Source: Cyanophyceae cyanobacterium
GTDB lineage: Bacteria > Cyanobacteriota > Cyanobacteriia > Cyanobacteriales > JBHJGN01
Length of the DNA: 64,000 nt
Assembly (NCBI GenBank): GCA_050331735.1
Contig: JBHJGN010000022.1
Span: 72,858-136,857, forward strand
Direction: 5' to 3'
Shown here: one piece after another, positions 28,715 to 39,118 of the stretch
How the letters are laid out: every line of letters starts with the position of its first letter
Position numbering within the stretch: the stretch's first letter is position 1
The notes under the pieces: generated by a model
What the model was told of the DNA's origin: nothing
The model's input: only the letters and a program-made list of their open reading frames with translations
Database searches by the model: none
Made by a program: the position numbers and the translations under genes

Positions 28715-29257
28715 GTGAACGATATCCGCGCGTCTGCTGCCTATTGGCCGTCTCCCGATCTCTCTCAAGCCGCCTTCGTTGCTCCTAATGCTACGGTCAT
28801 GGGCGATGTCGCTCTGGCTAGTGGCTCGAGCGTTTGGTACAGTGCTGTCGTTCGGGGAGATGTCGAGCGCATTGAAATTGGTTGCTGTACCAATGTTCAG
28901 GATGGAGCCGTCCTCCACGGAGATCCGGGTCAACTCACCCTCCTCGAAGATCATGTCACGGTCGGTCATCGCGCCGTGATTCACGCAGCCACGATTGAGA
29001 GTGGCTGCTTAATTGGCATTGGCGCGGTGGTTCTCGATGGCGTCCGGGTGGGGACGGGCAGTATTATTGGCGCAGGCTGCATCGTCACGAAAGACGTCCC
29101 GCCCCGCTCTTTAATGGTTGGCGTTCCGGCAAGGCGAGTCCGCGAGATTTCTGAGTCTGAAGCTCAAGACTTGCTCGAACACGCTCGGCGCTACGAAAAA
29201 CTCGCGCTAGTTCACGCCGGCAGAGGAACCGATCTTGGCTTTACGGCTGTCCACTAG
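28715..29257 (+). CDS. Gamma carbonic anhydrase-like hexapeptide-repeat protein
   Basis: VRGD, TNVQDGAVLH, TVGHRAVIH, hexapeptide repeats. Confidence 0.9.
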   Translation: MNDIRASAAYWPSPDLSQAAFVAPNATVMGDVALASGSSVWYSAVVRGDVERIEIGCCTNVQDGAVLHGDPGQLTLLEDHVTVGHRAVIHAATIESGCLIGIGAVVLDGVRVGTGSIIGAGCIVTKDVPPRSLMVGVPARRVREISESEAQDLLEHARRYEKLALVHAGRGTDLGFTAVH

Positions 29258-29371
29258 CATTGTTTTCTCCAAAACCAGGGGAGCAACTATGAAAAGTTTG
29301 TGAAATAGGATAAAATAGTGTTAGACATGAGAAAACTTCAAAAAACTTTAAGTGAAGGAGGAAACACAGGA

Positions 29372-29491
29372 ATGGACTGGCGGGTTATAGTAGTTCTTGC
29401 TCCTGTTATTGTGGCGGCAAGCTGGGCATTATTCAACATTGGCGCTGCTGCTCTCTCTCAAGCTCAGCAATTTTTTAACAAACAAAATTAA
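29372..29491 (+). CDS. psbY: Photosystem II protein Y
   Basis: Hand translation [47 protein letters not shown]; below the ORF-track length cutoff. Confidence 0.92.
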   Translation: MDWRVIVVLAPVIVAASWALFNIGAAALSQAQQFFNKQN

Positions 29492-29517
29492 GAAAAAAGA
29501 ATAAAATTAGCAACCCG

Positions 29518-29550
29518 GCTGCTTTCCTCATCCTGGAAGCAGCTCTTTTT
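29518..29550 (+). terminator. Intrinsic terminator after psbY
   Basis: GCTGCTTTCC-N7-GGAAGCAGC followed by TCTTTTT. Confidence 0.6.
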
Positions 29551-29632
29551 GGTTGGGAAGTTCTACCAACGAAAACCTCTAGCCGTTAGCTAAAAGCTAA
29601 TGGCTTTATAAGCATATAATTTTCTATTTCCA

Positions 29633-30796
29633 ATGGGCAATCCTGACTCAGTACTGGTAAAGGCGACGCTACTTGCAATTAGCACCCTCACCGTCATGGC
29701 AGGGGCGACAATTGCCCCCTCGCTGCCCGCTATGCAGGAGCATTTTGAAGCGGTAGATAATGTAGAGTACTGGGTGAGGCTCGTACTCACGGTTCCTGCC
29801 CTCTGCATTGCCGTTGGCGCCCCGGTAGTCGGCGTTTTGATAGATCGGTTTGGGCGTAAACCGCTCCTCACTGCTGCCCTGGTTGTGTATGGCTTAGCAG
29901 GGAGTTCAGGGTTATGGCTACCGACAATCGGCTCCATTCTGGTAGGGCGGGCGTTGTTGGGCTTGAGCGTTGCTGGCGTCATGATTGGGGCGACTGCACT
30001 GATTGCAGACTACTATCAAGGCTCGGCACGGGGTCAGTTTTTGGGGCTACAGGCAGCCTTTATGGCGCTAGGGGGCGTGTTATTTTTGACCGCTGGTGGC
30101 TTTTTAGCCGATTTAAATTGGCGCCTGCCCTTTGCAATTTATTTGGCGGCTTTACTGCTTTTGCCCGGGGTGCGGAGAATTTTACCGGAACCGGAACAGA
30201 CTAGAGTCAAGCATCCGGTGCACTCGGAAGAAGAACCGACAACGGTTGCTTTTGGGCTAATTATCCTCACCTACGGCATCGCCCTCGTGACTCAGATCGT
30301 GTTTTACCTGATTCCAGTGCAGTTGCCTTTCTATCTCAAGAGCTTGGTTAACGCTAGTGCCTCAAGGAGTGGACTCGCGATCGCCCTGACCACGCTCTTT
30401 TCAGCCCTAAGCTCTTGGCTGTACCAGCGCCTGAAATCTCGTCTCAGCTTCATCAGCATCTACGGTATTGCCTTTCTCAATATGGCGCTGGGCTACGGCT
30501 TAATCAGCCTAGCCACCGATTTTACCTTGGTACTGCCGGGGTTAGCGATCGCCGGAATCGGGCTTGGCCTGGTCATGCCCAATATGAATAACTGCCTCAC
30601 TTATGTCACGCCGAGTGCTTCTAGAGGTCGCGTTTTAAGCGGCTTGACCACCTGCTTCTTTCTTGGACAGTTTCTCTCGCCGCTGGTGACTCAGCCTGTT
30701 AGTCAAATAGTCGGCTTTGGCGTTACCTACGCTTTCGCCGGGTTGCTGATGGCTATCCTGGCCGCGTTTGCTCTGATATTTTTACTCAGAAGCTAG
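29633..30796 (+). CDS. MFS transporter
   Basis: GVLIDRFGRKP motif A, GRALLG, about 12 TM helices. Confidence 0.9.
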   Translation: MGNPDSVLVKATLLAISTLTVMAGATIAPSLPAMQEHFEAVDNVEYWVRLVLTVPALCIAVGAPVVGVLIDRFGRKPLLTAALVVYGLAGSSGLWLPTIGSILVGRALLGLSVAGVMIGATALIADYYQGSARGQFLGLQAAFMALGGVLFLTAGGFLADLNWRLPFAIYLAALLLLPGVRRILPEPEQTRVKHPVHSEEEPTTVAFGLIILTYGIALVTQIVFYLIPVQLPFYLKSLVNASASRSGLAIALTTLFSALSSWLYQRLKSRLSFISIYGIAFLNMALGYGLISLATDFTLVLPGLAIAGIGLGLVMPNMNNCLTYVTPSASRGRVLSGLTTCFFLGQFLSPLVTQPVSQIVGFGVTYAFAGLLMAILAAFALIFLLRS

Positions 30797-30936
30797 TCGC
30801 TCCGCAACGGGGGAAGAGGAAAACGGTGAACAGTAAGCCGTAACCAGACTCATTAGTTCATTGAACCATCCCTGTTAAGTCCCTTGGCCCTTTTCCCTGC
30901 TATGGACCTAAAGGCCAACGACACAGTGAAATAGAT

Positions 30937-31722
30937 TTAAATCCAGCCGCGCAGCCGATAAACCACTATGCCGATGTATTCCTTAAGCGCTTTAGTCGTG
31001 TTGGCAAGTCGCTCTGCATCAGGAAGAAAGTTTAAAATGGCTTCTTGAGTGCTGCTGTCGTTGTTCGTAGCTGCTGTTACTAAAAAGTCGGTGGGGGCAG
31101 GAATGGCCTCGATTTGCTGCCGCTTAAAGATGAGAAGAGAGCGCGGCATGTGGAGAGCCGATGTTACCAGCAAAACGCGGTTAATGTCTCTCTCTTCAAG
31201 AATGTTTCTGACGTTGACGGCATTTTCGTAAGTATTTAAAGAATCTGGCTCTTCAATAATGGCCTCAGCAGGCACTCCCATGAGCTTCAGTAACGCGGCC
31301 ATATCTTCCGATTCTGGATCTCCACCTCCCAACCAGGGAATTCGTCCGCCGGAGACGACGACTAAAGGAGCTTTTTGCTCTCGATACAGTTGAGCTGCAT
31401 AAAGAACGCGATCGCCCTGTTCACTGACATCAACCATCGGTCGCGGCTCCGTATCTGGCTTAATCCCACCGCCAAGGACGATGATCGCCTCGGCGGATGG
31501 AATCTCGGCAGGAAGATGCCGCCATTCCAAAGAACGCACCAAAGCAGTACTCGCCCAATCATTGCTGCCGAGTAACAGCACAGCCAAAGCTAAGGCGATC
31601 GCTCCTGGAGTCCAGGACGAACGATTCCAGGCCAGCACCAAGGCAACAACGAGCAGGACGCCAGCGAGTCCAAGAGGATAGAGAAACAGCGGGAGTAACT
31701 TGGAGAAGAACAGGAAATCCAT
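30937..31722 (-). CDS. YdcF/ElyC-like (DUF218) protein
   Basis: AIIVLGGG, VSGG, SLNTYENA, LVTSALHMPRS; start could extend to 31758. Confidence 0.85.
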   Translation of the reverse strand: MDFLFFSKLLPLFLYPLGLAGVLLVVALVLAWNRSSWTPGAIALALAVLLLGSNDWASTALVRSLEWRHLPAEIPSAEAIIVLGGGIKPDTEPRPMVDVSEQGDRVLYAAQLYREQKAPLVVVSGGRIPWLGGGDPESEDMAALLKLMGVPAEAIIEEPDSLNTYENAVNVRNILEERDINRVLLVTSALHMPRSLLIFKRQQIEAIPAPTDFLVTAATNNDSSTQEAILNFLPDAERLANTTKALKEYIGIVVYRLRGWI

Positions 31723-31741
31723 ATCGTTAGCAGAGAAATAG

Positions 31742-33013
31742 TTAACGTCGGGACTCACGAGCGGTAACGTGCCGCAAGAAATATCCTACTAGATAAAGAG
31801 ACCCGCACAAGACCACTAAGTGCTCAGAGCTACTTTGATAGGCAAAATCTAAAGCCTCAAACAGTTCTGGGAACGGGCGGCAGAAGTCTAAATTAGGACA
31901 AATCTGGGGTGCTAAAGCGGCCAGCTCTTTTGGTTCAGCGGTGCTGTGGTCGGGAACCGGAACGAGATACAGGCGATCGCCTCCTCGCAGCAGGGCCGCA
32001 AAAATATCGGCATGATCTTTGGTGGATAACATCCCCATAACCCAGGAAACCGGACGGTCGAGAGTGTCTACATACTGTCGTAAAGCTTGAGCCGCCGCCG
32101 GATTATGAGCCCCATCTATTAATAAAGACTGTTTCTGCCAGGTAGTCCACTGCAAGCGCCCTGGCCAGCGGGCTTTAGCCATGCCCTGAGCAATTGCAGA
32201 GTCCGGAATCTTCCAGCCTTGCTGCTGGAGGAGGTTGAGCGTGGCGACGGCCAACGCTGAATTCATCAACTGCACCTCTCCCCAGAGCGGTAGCGGATAC
32301 TCAAGGCCCTGGTAACTCGCCCACCGCGGCCCCTCGTTGGGGCGCGGCAGATTGCGGTTCTCCTGGGCTGGCGTCACCCACACTGCGGGACAGCCAAGCT
32401 GTTCAACGCGGGCGGCCACGACTGCTTTGGCTTCGGGAGGCAGGCTACCGATGATTGCTGGACAGCCGGGTTTCACAATCCCGGCTTTTTCCCGGGCAAT
32501 ATCTGCCAGCGTTGGCCCCAAGGTTTGCCAGTGTTCCCGGCTAATCGAAGTAATCACGCTCGCCAGCGGCTGTGGGCAAACGTTCGTTGCATCCAAACGC
32601 CCTCCTAAGCCTACTTCCATAACGGCCAGATCGACCTCCTCTTGAGCAAAGTAGAGCCAAGCCGCCGCAGTTACGACTTCAAACAGGGTCGGACTCTCGT
32701 CAGCATCGACAACGGCCTGAATCTGCCTGAGTACCTTTTCTAAAGCTTGGGTGGAGATTGGAGCTTCGTTAAGACAGATGCGCTCCGTCCAATCGACTAG
32801 ATGAGGCGAAGTATAGCGACCAACTCGGCAGCCTGCTTCAGTTAAAACAGCAGAGAGATAAGCACACACCGACCCTTTGCCGTTCGTTCCCGCGACATGA
32901 ATCAGCGGCATTCGCAGGTGAGGATTGCCTAATGCTGCCAACAGTCGCTCGATTCGTGCTAATCCGAGATGAACCCCAAAGCGCTGAAAGGGTTTGAGCA
33001 AGTCGTCAATCAT
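31742..33013 (-). CDS. folC: Folylpolyglutamate/dihydrofolate synthase
   Basis: HVAGTNGKGS, YTSPHL, EVGLGGRLDATN, DGAHNP, GSLYLVG. Confidence 0.95.
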   Translation of the reverse strand: MIDDLLKPFQRFGVHLGLARIERLLAALGNPHLRMPLIHVAGTNGKGSVCAYLSAVLTEAGCRVGRYTSPHLVDWTERICLNEAPISTQALEKVLRQIQAVVDADESPTLFEVVTAAAWLYFAQEEVDLAVMEVGLGGRLDATNVCPQPLASVITSISREHWQTLGPTLADIAREKAGIVKPGCPAIIGSLPPEAKAVVAARVEQLGCPAVWVTPAQENRNLPRPNEGPRWASYQGLEYPLPLWGEVQLMNSALAVATLNLLQQQGWKIPDSAIAQGMAKARWPGRLQWTTWQKQSLLIDGAHNPAAAQALRQYVDTLDRPVSWVMGMLSTKDHADIFAALLRGGDRLYLVPVPDHSTAEPKELAALAPQICPNLDFCRPFPELFEALDFAYQSSSEHLVVLCGSLYLVGYFLRHVTARESRR

Positions 33014-33832
33014 TCGTTCAGTCAGTGCCGGGAAGCCACCCTACCTCTAGATTGTTTACAGATAGCAGTATCTGATCCTACGATACAATCTCCACCGAAC
33101 CCGGTGCCTTGAACGGTGACTTTTTCTGTCCACAGGTCTACTCAAACTCCCCCAACCTCAGCGTTTGCGCACGATGGCTTGTAGATACGGCAGCAGCGAG
33201 GCGAACAGAATCAGAATGGCAATAATCTCTAGTTGCCCCCCACCTTAAGTCAATTAAAATTGGCTTCCCTTGCCAAGGATTGGGACTAGTAATTTCGGTA
33301 GATCATCCTGACTTTCCTAATTTCCTGTACTGGAATCTGAACCACAAGATCGAGCAAGAATAAGGGAGTTAATTGGTTCATCTTTTATCCAATTGAAATT
33401 TCCGGCCTTCAATACAGAATGAAGAATATCTTTACCAAGTAACAAACATCTGCTCTTGGGGAGAGTTGCTTTTGTTAAATACGTAAAAACCCACGCTAGT
33501 GCTGTCCGTTCAGTAAAAAAACAGGCCAAAAAAATTTGTCTTCTCAGATTTGCGTCTAGAAAAGCGATAGAAAAATATTTTAATAACTACAATTTTTAGA
33601 AAAAGTAGGTTTCGCTTTAAAACTCAGTTATTGAATTAGTCAGCTTCTCCTGCGTTCTTTGCAAAATTACTCATCCAGCGTTCGCCCTCAAAATCTCTCG
33701 ATCGCCAACCGTAACTTACAGCGATCGCTCTAGCTAACTACAAGCTTGATTGGGAAGATTGTTAGTCTCCCCTTACAATAAAAACGGAGAAGCACAAAGT
33801 ACTGAAGTGGGCAGCTATAGTTGGTAATTAAT

Positions 33833-34867
33833 ATGTCTTTGCAGCTCGGTCAGCTAGTTTACACTAGCTTCCCCGATATTGGATTCAAGCTGATTGCGAG
33901 TCAACAGGTTCCTCAGCAGCTTCAGCAGGTCTTTATGCAGTTGGTGTATCAGCATTGGGATGCCTACAATCCCCCTAGCTTTGACTATCGAGCCGCCTAT
34001 CTTTATCAGTTTTCTTCGGAACAGTGCCTGTTTGGCTGGCTTTACAACAACGGGATGGACGACTTTGGACGCTCTCATATCCCTTATTTTCTTTGTTACT
34101 ATTTAGCAGACCCCCTGCATGCAGACCACCTTAACAGTATCTTTACGTGTTTACAAAAGGGACCAGTCGCCATCATAGACAGGCAGCCCTCATCTTCCCC
34201 TTTAATGCTGTCAGTTTCCCCAGCTAATTATCAGCCTGCGCGTCCGGGAGTTGCCATTATTCCCCAGATTCAGCGGCAATGCCATCAATCTCTTGAGCAG
34301 AATGAATTGCTTAACCTATTTGTTCCGCTCGATACTGCTGCTAAAAGTGGAGAGACGCAAGAGCAGAGCGACGCTCGCAGGTCGCTGACACCGCCAAGCA
34401 CTATCAAAAAGACTATGACTACAGGCAAAATAGACGAGATCATCAAAGAACTTTCCGCTAAACCAATCGGCATTCAGGGAGCAGTTTTAGTGTCTGCTGA
34501 AGGACAGCCAGTAACGGTTCCGATCGGCATGGACGAAAACAGTGCGCTGGTGATGGCGGGGATGATGCTCTATCTAGCTAGCAGTACCTGTGAGGAGTTT
34601 AACTGGCAAAAAATCGACAATATTTCGATTCGAGGTCAGGAAGGGTATGTTATTTTGACCTGCTGTACTGAAGATGTTTTTCTGCTGGTCAAGACCGGTA
34701 AAGGATTAGTGGGACTATTAGAAGGAGAGATTAACCGAACGGTGAAAAAGCTTCAGGTGTACTTCAGCGATGACGGGGATGCTAGCCAAGAAGCGTTGAG
34801 ACTCAATGCTGAGGTCATTGCTGACGAAACAGATTTCGGGCATAGAGGACGGAGAAATAGCTTTTGA
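33833..34867 (+). CDS. Protein with uncharacterised N-terminal domain and C-terminal Roadblock/LC7 (MglB-like) domain
   Basis: IQGAVLVSAEGQP...ISIRGQEGYVIL...GLLEGEI. Confidence 0.7.
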   Translation: MSLQLGQLVYTSFPDIGFKLIASQQVPQQLQQVFMQLVYQHWDAYNPPSFDYRAAYLYQFSSEQCLFGWLYNNGMDDFGRSHIPYFLCYYLADPLHADHLNSIFTCLQKGPVAIIDRQPSSSPLMLSVSPANYQPARPGVAIIPQIQRQCHQSLEQNELLNLFVPLDTAAKSGETQEQSDARRSLTPPSTIKKTMTTGKIDEIIKELSAKPIGIQGAVLVSAEGQPVTVPIGMDENSALVMAGMMLYLASSTCEEFNWQKIDNISIRGQEGYVILTCCTEDVFLLVKTGKGLVGLLEGEINRTVKKLQVYFSDDGDASQEALRLNAEVIADETDFGHRGRRNSF

Positions 34868-34946
34868 GCGCCGCAGGCGCAGGGGCAAGGGGGAAAGGAA
34901 ATCACTACATAGCAATTCTCACACTGATGAGGTAAGACCCTAAATC

Positions 34947-35714
34947 CTAGTTTTTGTTGACGGCTGATTGGTGATTGTTCCCGCCATAGTTTCTAGCCCA
35001 GGAACCGAAGAGATTAATCGAGTAACAAAAGCGATCGCCCCGAGAAATGGTTTCCCCGTGAACAACGGGTTGATTGTTGACTGTGTAGGCCGTATGGCGA
35101 TAAACGAGAAGCGAATGACCCAGCGGTACTTCGAGATATTCGCTCATTTCCCGGTCGGCATTGCGGCATTCAATCATTGCTTCAACTCGTTCAATGACAA
35201 TGTTGTTTTGCTCCAGAGTAGGAAACGTCATTTGCTGCTTTAACTCTTCTGCTAAGGCGGCGCCAATTTCTGGCAGGATATAGGTAATGTCAACGCCGCT
35301 GGGAATTTGCTCCATGAGCAAAAGTTTCTTCTGTAGATAAGCCGTTGGTTGGTGAGCAGGAAGCTGGAGAAGCTTGCACGTGGATTGGGGAGGAGTTACT
35401 AGCTCAAATGAGACGGTAGAGAGCGCAAACTGAATTCCCTGGTTCGCCAAATCGTCGGCCAAAAATAATCCCGGATTGGAGAGATTGTAAACAGCTTTGT
35501 GGCGATCGGTTACGTATACGCCTTTGCCCTGATAAGCAATGGCTAGCCCCTGATCGATCAGATTCGCGATCGCTCTTCTAATAGTGATCCGACTCACCCG
35601 AAATTCTGAGATGAGCTGTTTTTCACTCGGCAATTTGTCTCCCGGTAAGTAATCGCCGCTGGTAATGCGATCGCGGAGTTGTTCAGAAATGCCTAGGTGA
35701 AGCGGTAACTGCAC
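34947..35714 (-). CDS. GntR-family (HutC/UTRA) regulator
   Basis: PGDKLPSEKQL...VSRITIRRAI...GKGVYV; C-terminal UTRA-like RGDRF. Confidence 0.9.
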   Translation of the reverse strand: MQLPLHLGISEQLRDRITSGDYLPGDKLPSEKQLISEFRVSRITIRRAIANLIDQGLAIAYQGKGVYVTDRHKAVYNLSNPGLFLADDLANQGIQFALSTVSFELVTPPQSTCKLLQLPAHQPTAYLQKKLLLMEQIPSGVDITYILPEIGAALAEELKQQMTFPTLEQNNIVIERVEAMIECRNADREMSEYLEVPLGHSLLVYRHTAYTVNNQPVVHGETISRGDRFCYSINLFGSWARNYGGNNHQSAVNKN

Positions 35715-35744
35715 TAGCTTGAGCTTTTTGTTAAATTAGTTACC

Positions 35745-35800
35745 AACTTATTATAACGAGCTGCTAAAATCTGGTTAAAGCTAACTTGTTATAACAAGTT
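35745..35800. promoter_or_regulatory. Two candidate GntR operators
   Basis: Perfect 18-bp palindrome AACTTGTTATAACAAGTT (35783-35800) and degenerate AACTTATTATAACGAG (35745-35760) in the divergent promoter. Confidence 0.75.
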
Positions 35801-35818
35801 TTCAGGAATCATTCAATT

Positions 35819-36742
35819 ATGGTTAGCTCAGTCACAACGGCATCAACAGCACCGCAATCGAAGCAACCCTTAACAGGACAGCAGCTCAGCTCTTTGAATG
35901 CTCAATCTAACAGGTTGGGCTTGCTCCAGCTAGCGAGTCACCTCAGCGTTATGGGAGTGAGTGGCTATCTGTGGTTCACGGCAGACGGATGGCTGAAAAT
36001 CGCTGCTTTAATCGTTTATGGTTTTAGTCTAGCGATCCTGTTTGCTCCTCTGCACGAATGCTCTCATCGAACTGCTTTTGCTAATAACCGTCTCAACAAC
36101 GCAGTAGCCTGGCTAGCGGGAGTGCTATCGTTTTATAACAGCGCTTTCTACCGTCGCTTTCATAAGTGGCATCATCGCTATACCCAAGTTCCTGGCAAAG
36201 ATCCTGAACTTGGAGAACTCAGACCCAGCAACATTTGGGAATACCTGTTAGTCATCAGCGGCGTACTCTGGTGGAGAGACAAGTTCAAAGGACATTATCG
36301 CATTGCCGTCGGCAATCTCGAAAATTGTCCCTACATCCCAGAAGCGGCACGAGATGAAGTCGTCAAATCCACCCGTCTACAGCTTGCGCTCTACCTTGGC
36401 GTTATCATTGTTTCGACAGCCCTCGGTCATCCTGGGTTCATCGTTTACGCCTGGTTACTTCCTCTGGCTGTTGGCCAGCCGTTTCTACGCTATATTCTCA
36501 TGGCTGAACACACGGGCTGCACGACAGACAACAACTATTTCACCAACACCCGTACCACCCTGTCTCTGTTGCCGCTGCGGTTGATGGTGTGGAATATCCC
36601 TTTTCATGCTGAGCATCATCTCTATCCGTCAATTCCCTTTCACAAGCTGCCGCAGGCGCATCAGCAGTTAAGCACACATTTTAGGCACGTCGACTCCGGA
36701 TACCTCAAAGTGCATCGGGATATTGCCGCTGGGTGGAAATAA
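35819..36742 (+). CDS. Membrane fatty-acid-desaturase-superfamily protein
   Basis: Three His boxes HECSH, HKWHH and HAEHH; TM segments. Confidence 0.88.
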   Translation: MVSSVTTASTAPQSKQPLTGQQLSSLNAQSNRLGLLQLASHLSVMGVSGYLWFTADGWLKIAALIVYGFSLAILFAPLHECSHRTAFANNRLNNAVAWLAGVLSFYNSAFYRRFHKWHHRYTQVPGKDPELGELRPSNIWEYLLVISGVLWWRDKFKGHYRIAVGNLENCPYIPEAARDEVVKSTRLQLALYLGVIIVSTALGHPGFIVYAWLLPLAVGQPFLRYILMAEHTGCTTDNNYFTNTRTTLSLLPLRLMVWNIPFHAEHHLYPSIPFHKLPQAHQQLSTHFRHVDSGYLKVHRDIAAGWK

Positions 36743-36747
36743 ACTCG

Positions 36748-37764
36748 ATGACGCGATCGCCCCATCGTTTGACGCTCAAAAACTTTCCCCTTCAGTGCGG
36801 TGTCGCTTTAGCAGAGGTTCAGCTAGTTTATCAAACCTATGGGGAACTGAACGCCGACAAAAGCAACGTCATTCTCTATCCCACGTCCTACGGAGCCCAG
36901 CACCCAGACATAGACTGGCTGATCCGCCCCGATAGTATCCTCGATCCGAGCCGTTGGTTTATTGTTATTCCTAATATGTTCGGCAATGGCCTATCGAGTT
37001 CTCCGAGCAACAGCCCAGCCTGTGAGTTGCGACCAGGATTTTGGTTTAGCCATGTAGACAATATCCGCGCTCAGGAACAGCTCTTACAAGAGCTGAGAAT
37101 TGACACACTTGCCCTCGTTTACGGCTGGTCGATGGGAGCGCAGCAGGCGTATCATTGGGGGGTTTTGGCGGGCGATCGCGTTAAACGGATTGCTGCTCTC
37201 TGCGGCACGGCTCGAACGACCGACCACAATAAAGTATTTCTGGAAAGTCTGCGAACTGCTCTCACAGCCGACCCCGCCTGGAACGGAACTCGTTTTGAAG
37301 GAGTTCCCGAGCGTGGCTTTCGCGCTTTTGCCCGTATCTATGCAAGCTGGGCTGCTTCCCAAGCGTACTACCGCCAAGGCATCTATTATCAGTTAGGCTA
37401 CGAGTCTTTAGAGCAATATTTGATCCAGGGTTGGGAAGCCAACTATCGCCAGCGCGATCCCCATAATTTGCTGGCGATGATCGATACCTGGCTGCGTTGC
37501 GATGTCAGCAATAACCCGACGTATCAGGGAGACTATCACCGCGCCCTCCAGTCTATTAAGGCACAGACGTTAGTGATGCCAGCAACAACGGATCTGTACT
37601 TCACTCCCGAAGACTGTCAGGCAGAAGCCGATTTAATTCCCCATGCTAAATATCGCCCGATTCCTTCGATTTGGGGTCATCGAGCCGGTAATCCTACCCA
37701 GAATCCCGAAGATGAAGCGTTTATCAAAGCAGCAGTCAGGGAATTGCTGCATCGTGACGTTTGA
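36748..37764 (+). CDS. Alpha/beta hydrolase, homoserine-acetyltransferase-like
   Basis: YQTYGELN, GWSMG nucleophile elbow, DLYF, WGH. Confidence 0.85.
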   Translation: MTRSPHRLTLKNFPLQCGVALAEVQLVYQTYGELNADKSNVILYPTSYGAQHPDIDWLIRPDSILDPSRWFIVIPNMFGNGLSSSPSNSPACELRPGFWFSHVDNIRAQEQLLQELRIDTLALVYGWSMGAQQAYHWGVLAGDRVKRIAALCGTARTTDHNKVFLESLRTALTADPAWNGTRFEGVPERGFRAFARIYASWAASQAYYRQGIYYQLGYESLEQYLIQGWEANYRQRDPHNLLAMIDTWLRCDVSNNPTYQGDYHRALQSIKAQTLVMPATTDLYFTPEDCQAEADLIPHAKYRPIPSIWGHRAGNPTQNPEDEAFIKAAVRELLHRDV

Positions 37765-38082
37765 CCCGATCTGGGCTATTTTTTTATCCTTAGTACTGTA
37801 TAGATTAGCTTATGCGGCGAACATCGATTGAAAAGTTCTGAGTGCTGGGTTTAGCAAGCTAAAAGTCAATAAAGTGGGGTTGGTCGAAACAAAACGCCGC
37901 TGTGCAACTTCCCCCATTTTTCGAGTGACTAATGCAAACATTTGTTACTGCTTCATCAATACCAGAAGCAAGTTGAATTTTTGCTTGACAAGTCATTTGT
38001 CACTCCATTGACTGCAAGATTTAAGGGAGAGAAAAAAGCGATAGGCTTGGAATATAGCTCATTCACTGAGAGGAAAGTGCCA

Positions 38083-38262
38083 GTGGACAAAGACAAACAA
38101 GCCAAAATTGCGGAACACGCTTACACCATCGCGGCGATACTTTACATTTCCCAAATTAAGCAAGAGAAACTTTTACAACAGCAAAAAGAAGGAGCTATTC
38201 AAAGAGCCAAGCGCGATCGCTCCTTAGCCGATGATTGGCTTGCTCTTGAGGAAGAAGCATAG
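38083..38262 (+). pseudogene. Chimeric relic: transposase-like N-terminus joined to an antitoxin-like C-terminus
   Basis: From recall, DKQAKIAEHAYTIAAILY resembles cyanobacterial ISKra4-type ORF starts and KEGAIQRAKRDRSLADDWLALEEEA resembles CopG-type antitoxin ends; not verified. Confidence 0.35.
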
Positions 38263-38384
38263 CAGCAAAGCGTAAGTCTATAAACCTTGTTTGTAGAAAA
38301 TAGCTACATCAATGCTGGCAAACTCCGATATTCAAACTAGCCGGGGTTTAGAATTAAATGGACTTTCCTAAGGAACTCTAGTTC

Positions 38385-38954
38385 ATGAGATTACCTGTTC
38401 AGCCAACTTCAGTGCCTACCCTAGAAGAATTTTTACAGCTACCAGAAATAAAGCCAGCCAGCGAATACTTTGATGGGTCTATTTTTCAAAAACCGATGCC
38501 CCACGGAAAACATAGCCGATTACAAACTTGTTTATCCACCGCCATTAATCAAGCAGGAGAATCTCAAAAATTAGCACTAGCGTTGACTGAATTGCGCTGT
38601 ACGTTTGCAGGTCAGTCTATAGTTCCAGATATAGCTGTATTTGAATGGCAAAGAATTCCTCTAGATGAAAGTGGTCAAATTGCTAATCGGTTCTTAATAG
38701 CGCCTGATTGGATAATTGAAATTCTCTCACCAGAACAATCTGCAAACAAGGTGATTCGCAAAATTACATTTTGTCTTAGAAATGGTGCAAAATTGGGCTA
38801 TTTAATCGACTCTGATGATGAATCGATTACAGTTTTTCAACCCGACCGATTACCAGAGGTAAAAGACCAGCAGGATGCAGTACCCGTATTAGATGTGTTA
38901 CCCAACTGGCAACCAACCGTTGATGATGTTTTCAAGTGGTTGAGCTTTGTTTAG
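38385..38954 (+). CDS. Uma2-family (DUF820) endonuclease-like protein
   Basis: TLEEFL, KPMP..HS, VPDIAV, PDWIIEILSP. Confidence 0.9.
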   Translation: MRLPVQPTSVPTLEEFLQLPEIKPASEYFDGSIFQKPMPHGKHSRLQTCLSTAINQAGESQKLALALTELRCTFAGQSIVPDIAVFEWQRIPLDESGQIANRFLIAPDWIIEILSPEQSANKVIRKITFCLRNGAKLGYLIDSDDESITVFQPDRLPEVKDQQDAVPVLDVLPNWQPTVDDVFKWLSFV

Positions 38955-39118
38955 TTTTCTAGAGTGCTAGCTGATCTATATTGGAGGCAAATTGCTTTAA
39001 TTGTGATTACTGCCATCGCCAGTAGATTTCTCTGCTAGTTTCTGCGCGGCGGCAGATCCTAGCCATTTTTTGTTCCTTGGTGATCGCACTATTATAGAAA
39101 CTGTAAAATTGAATGGCT

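Noticed and set aside
38385..38954. Uma2 nuclease as a defence system
   Set aside because: The family is highly expanded in cyanobacteria and has no partner genes here.
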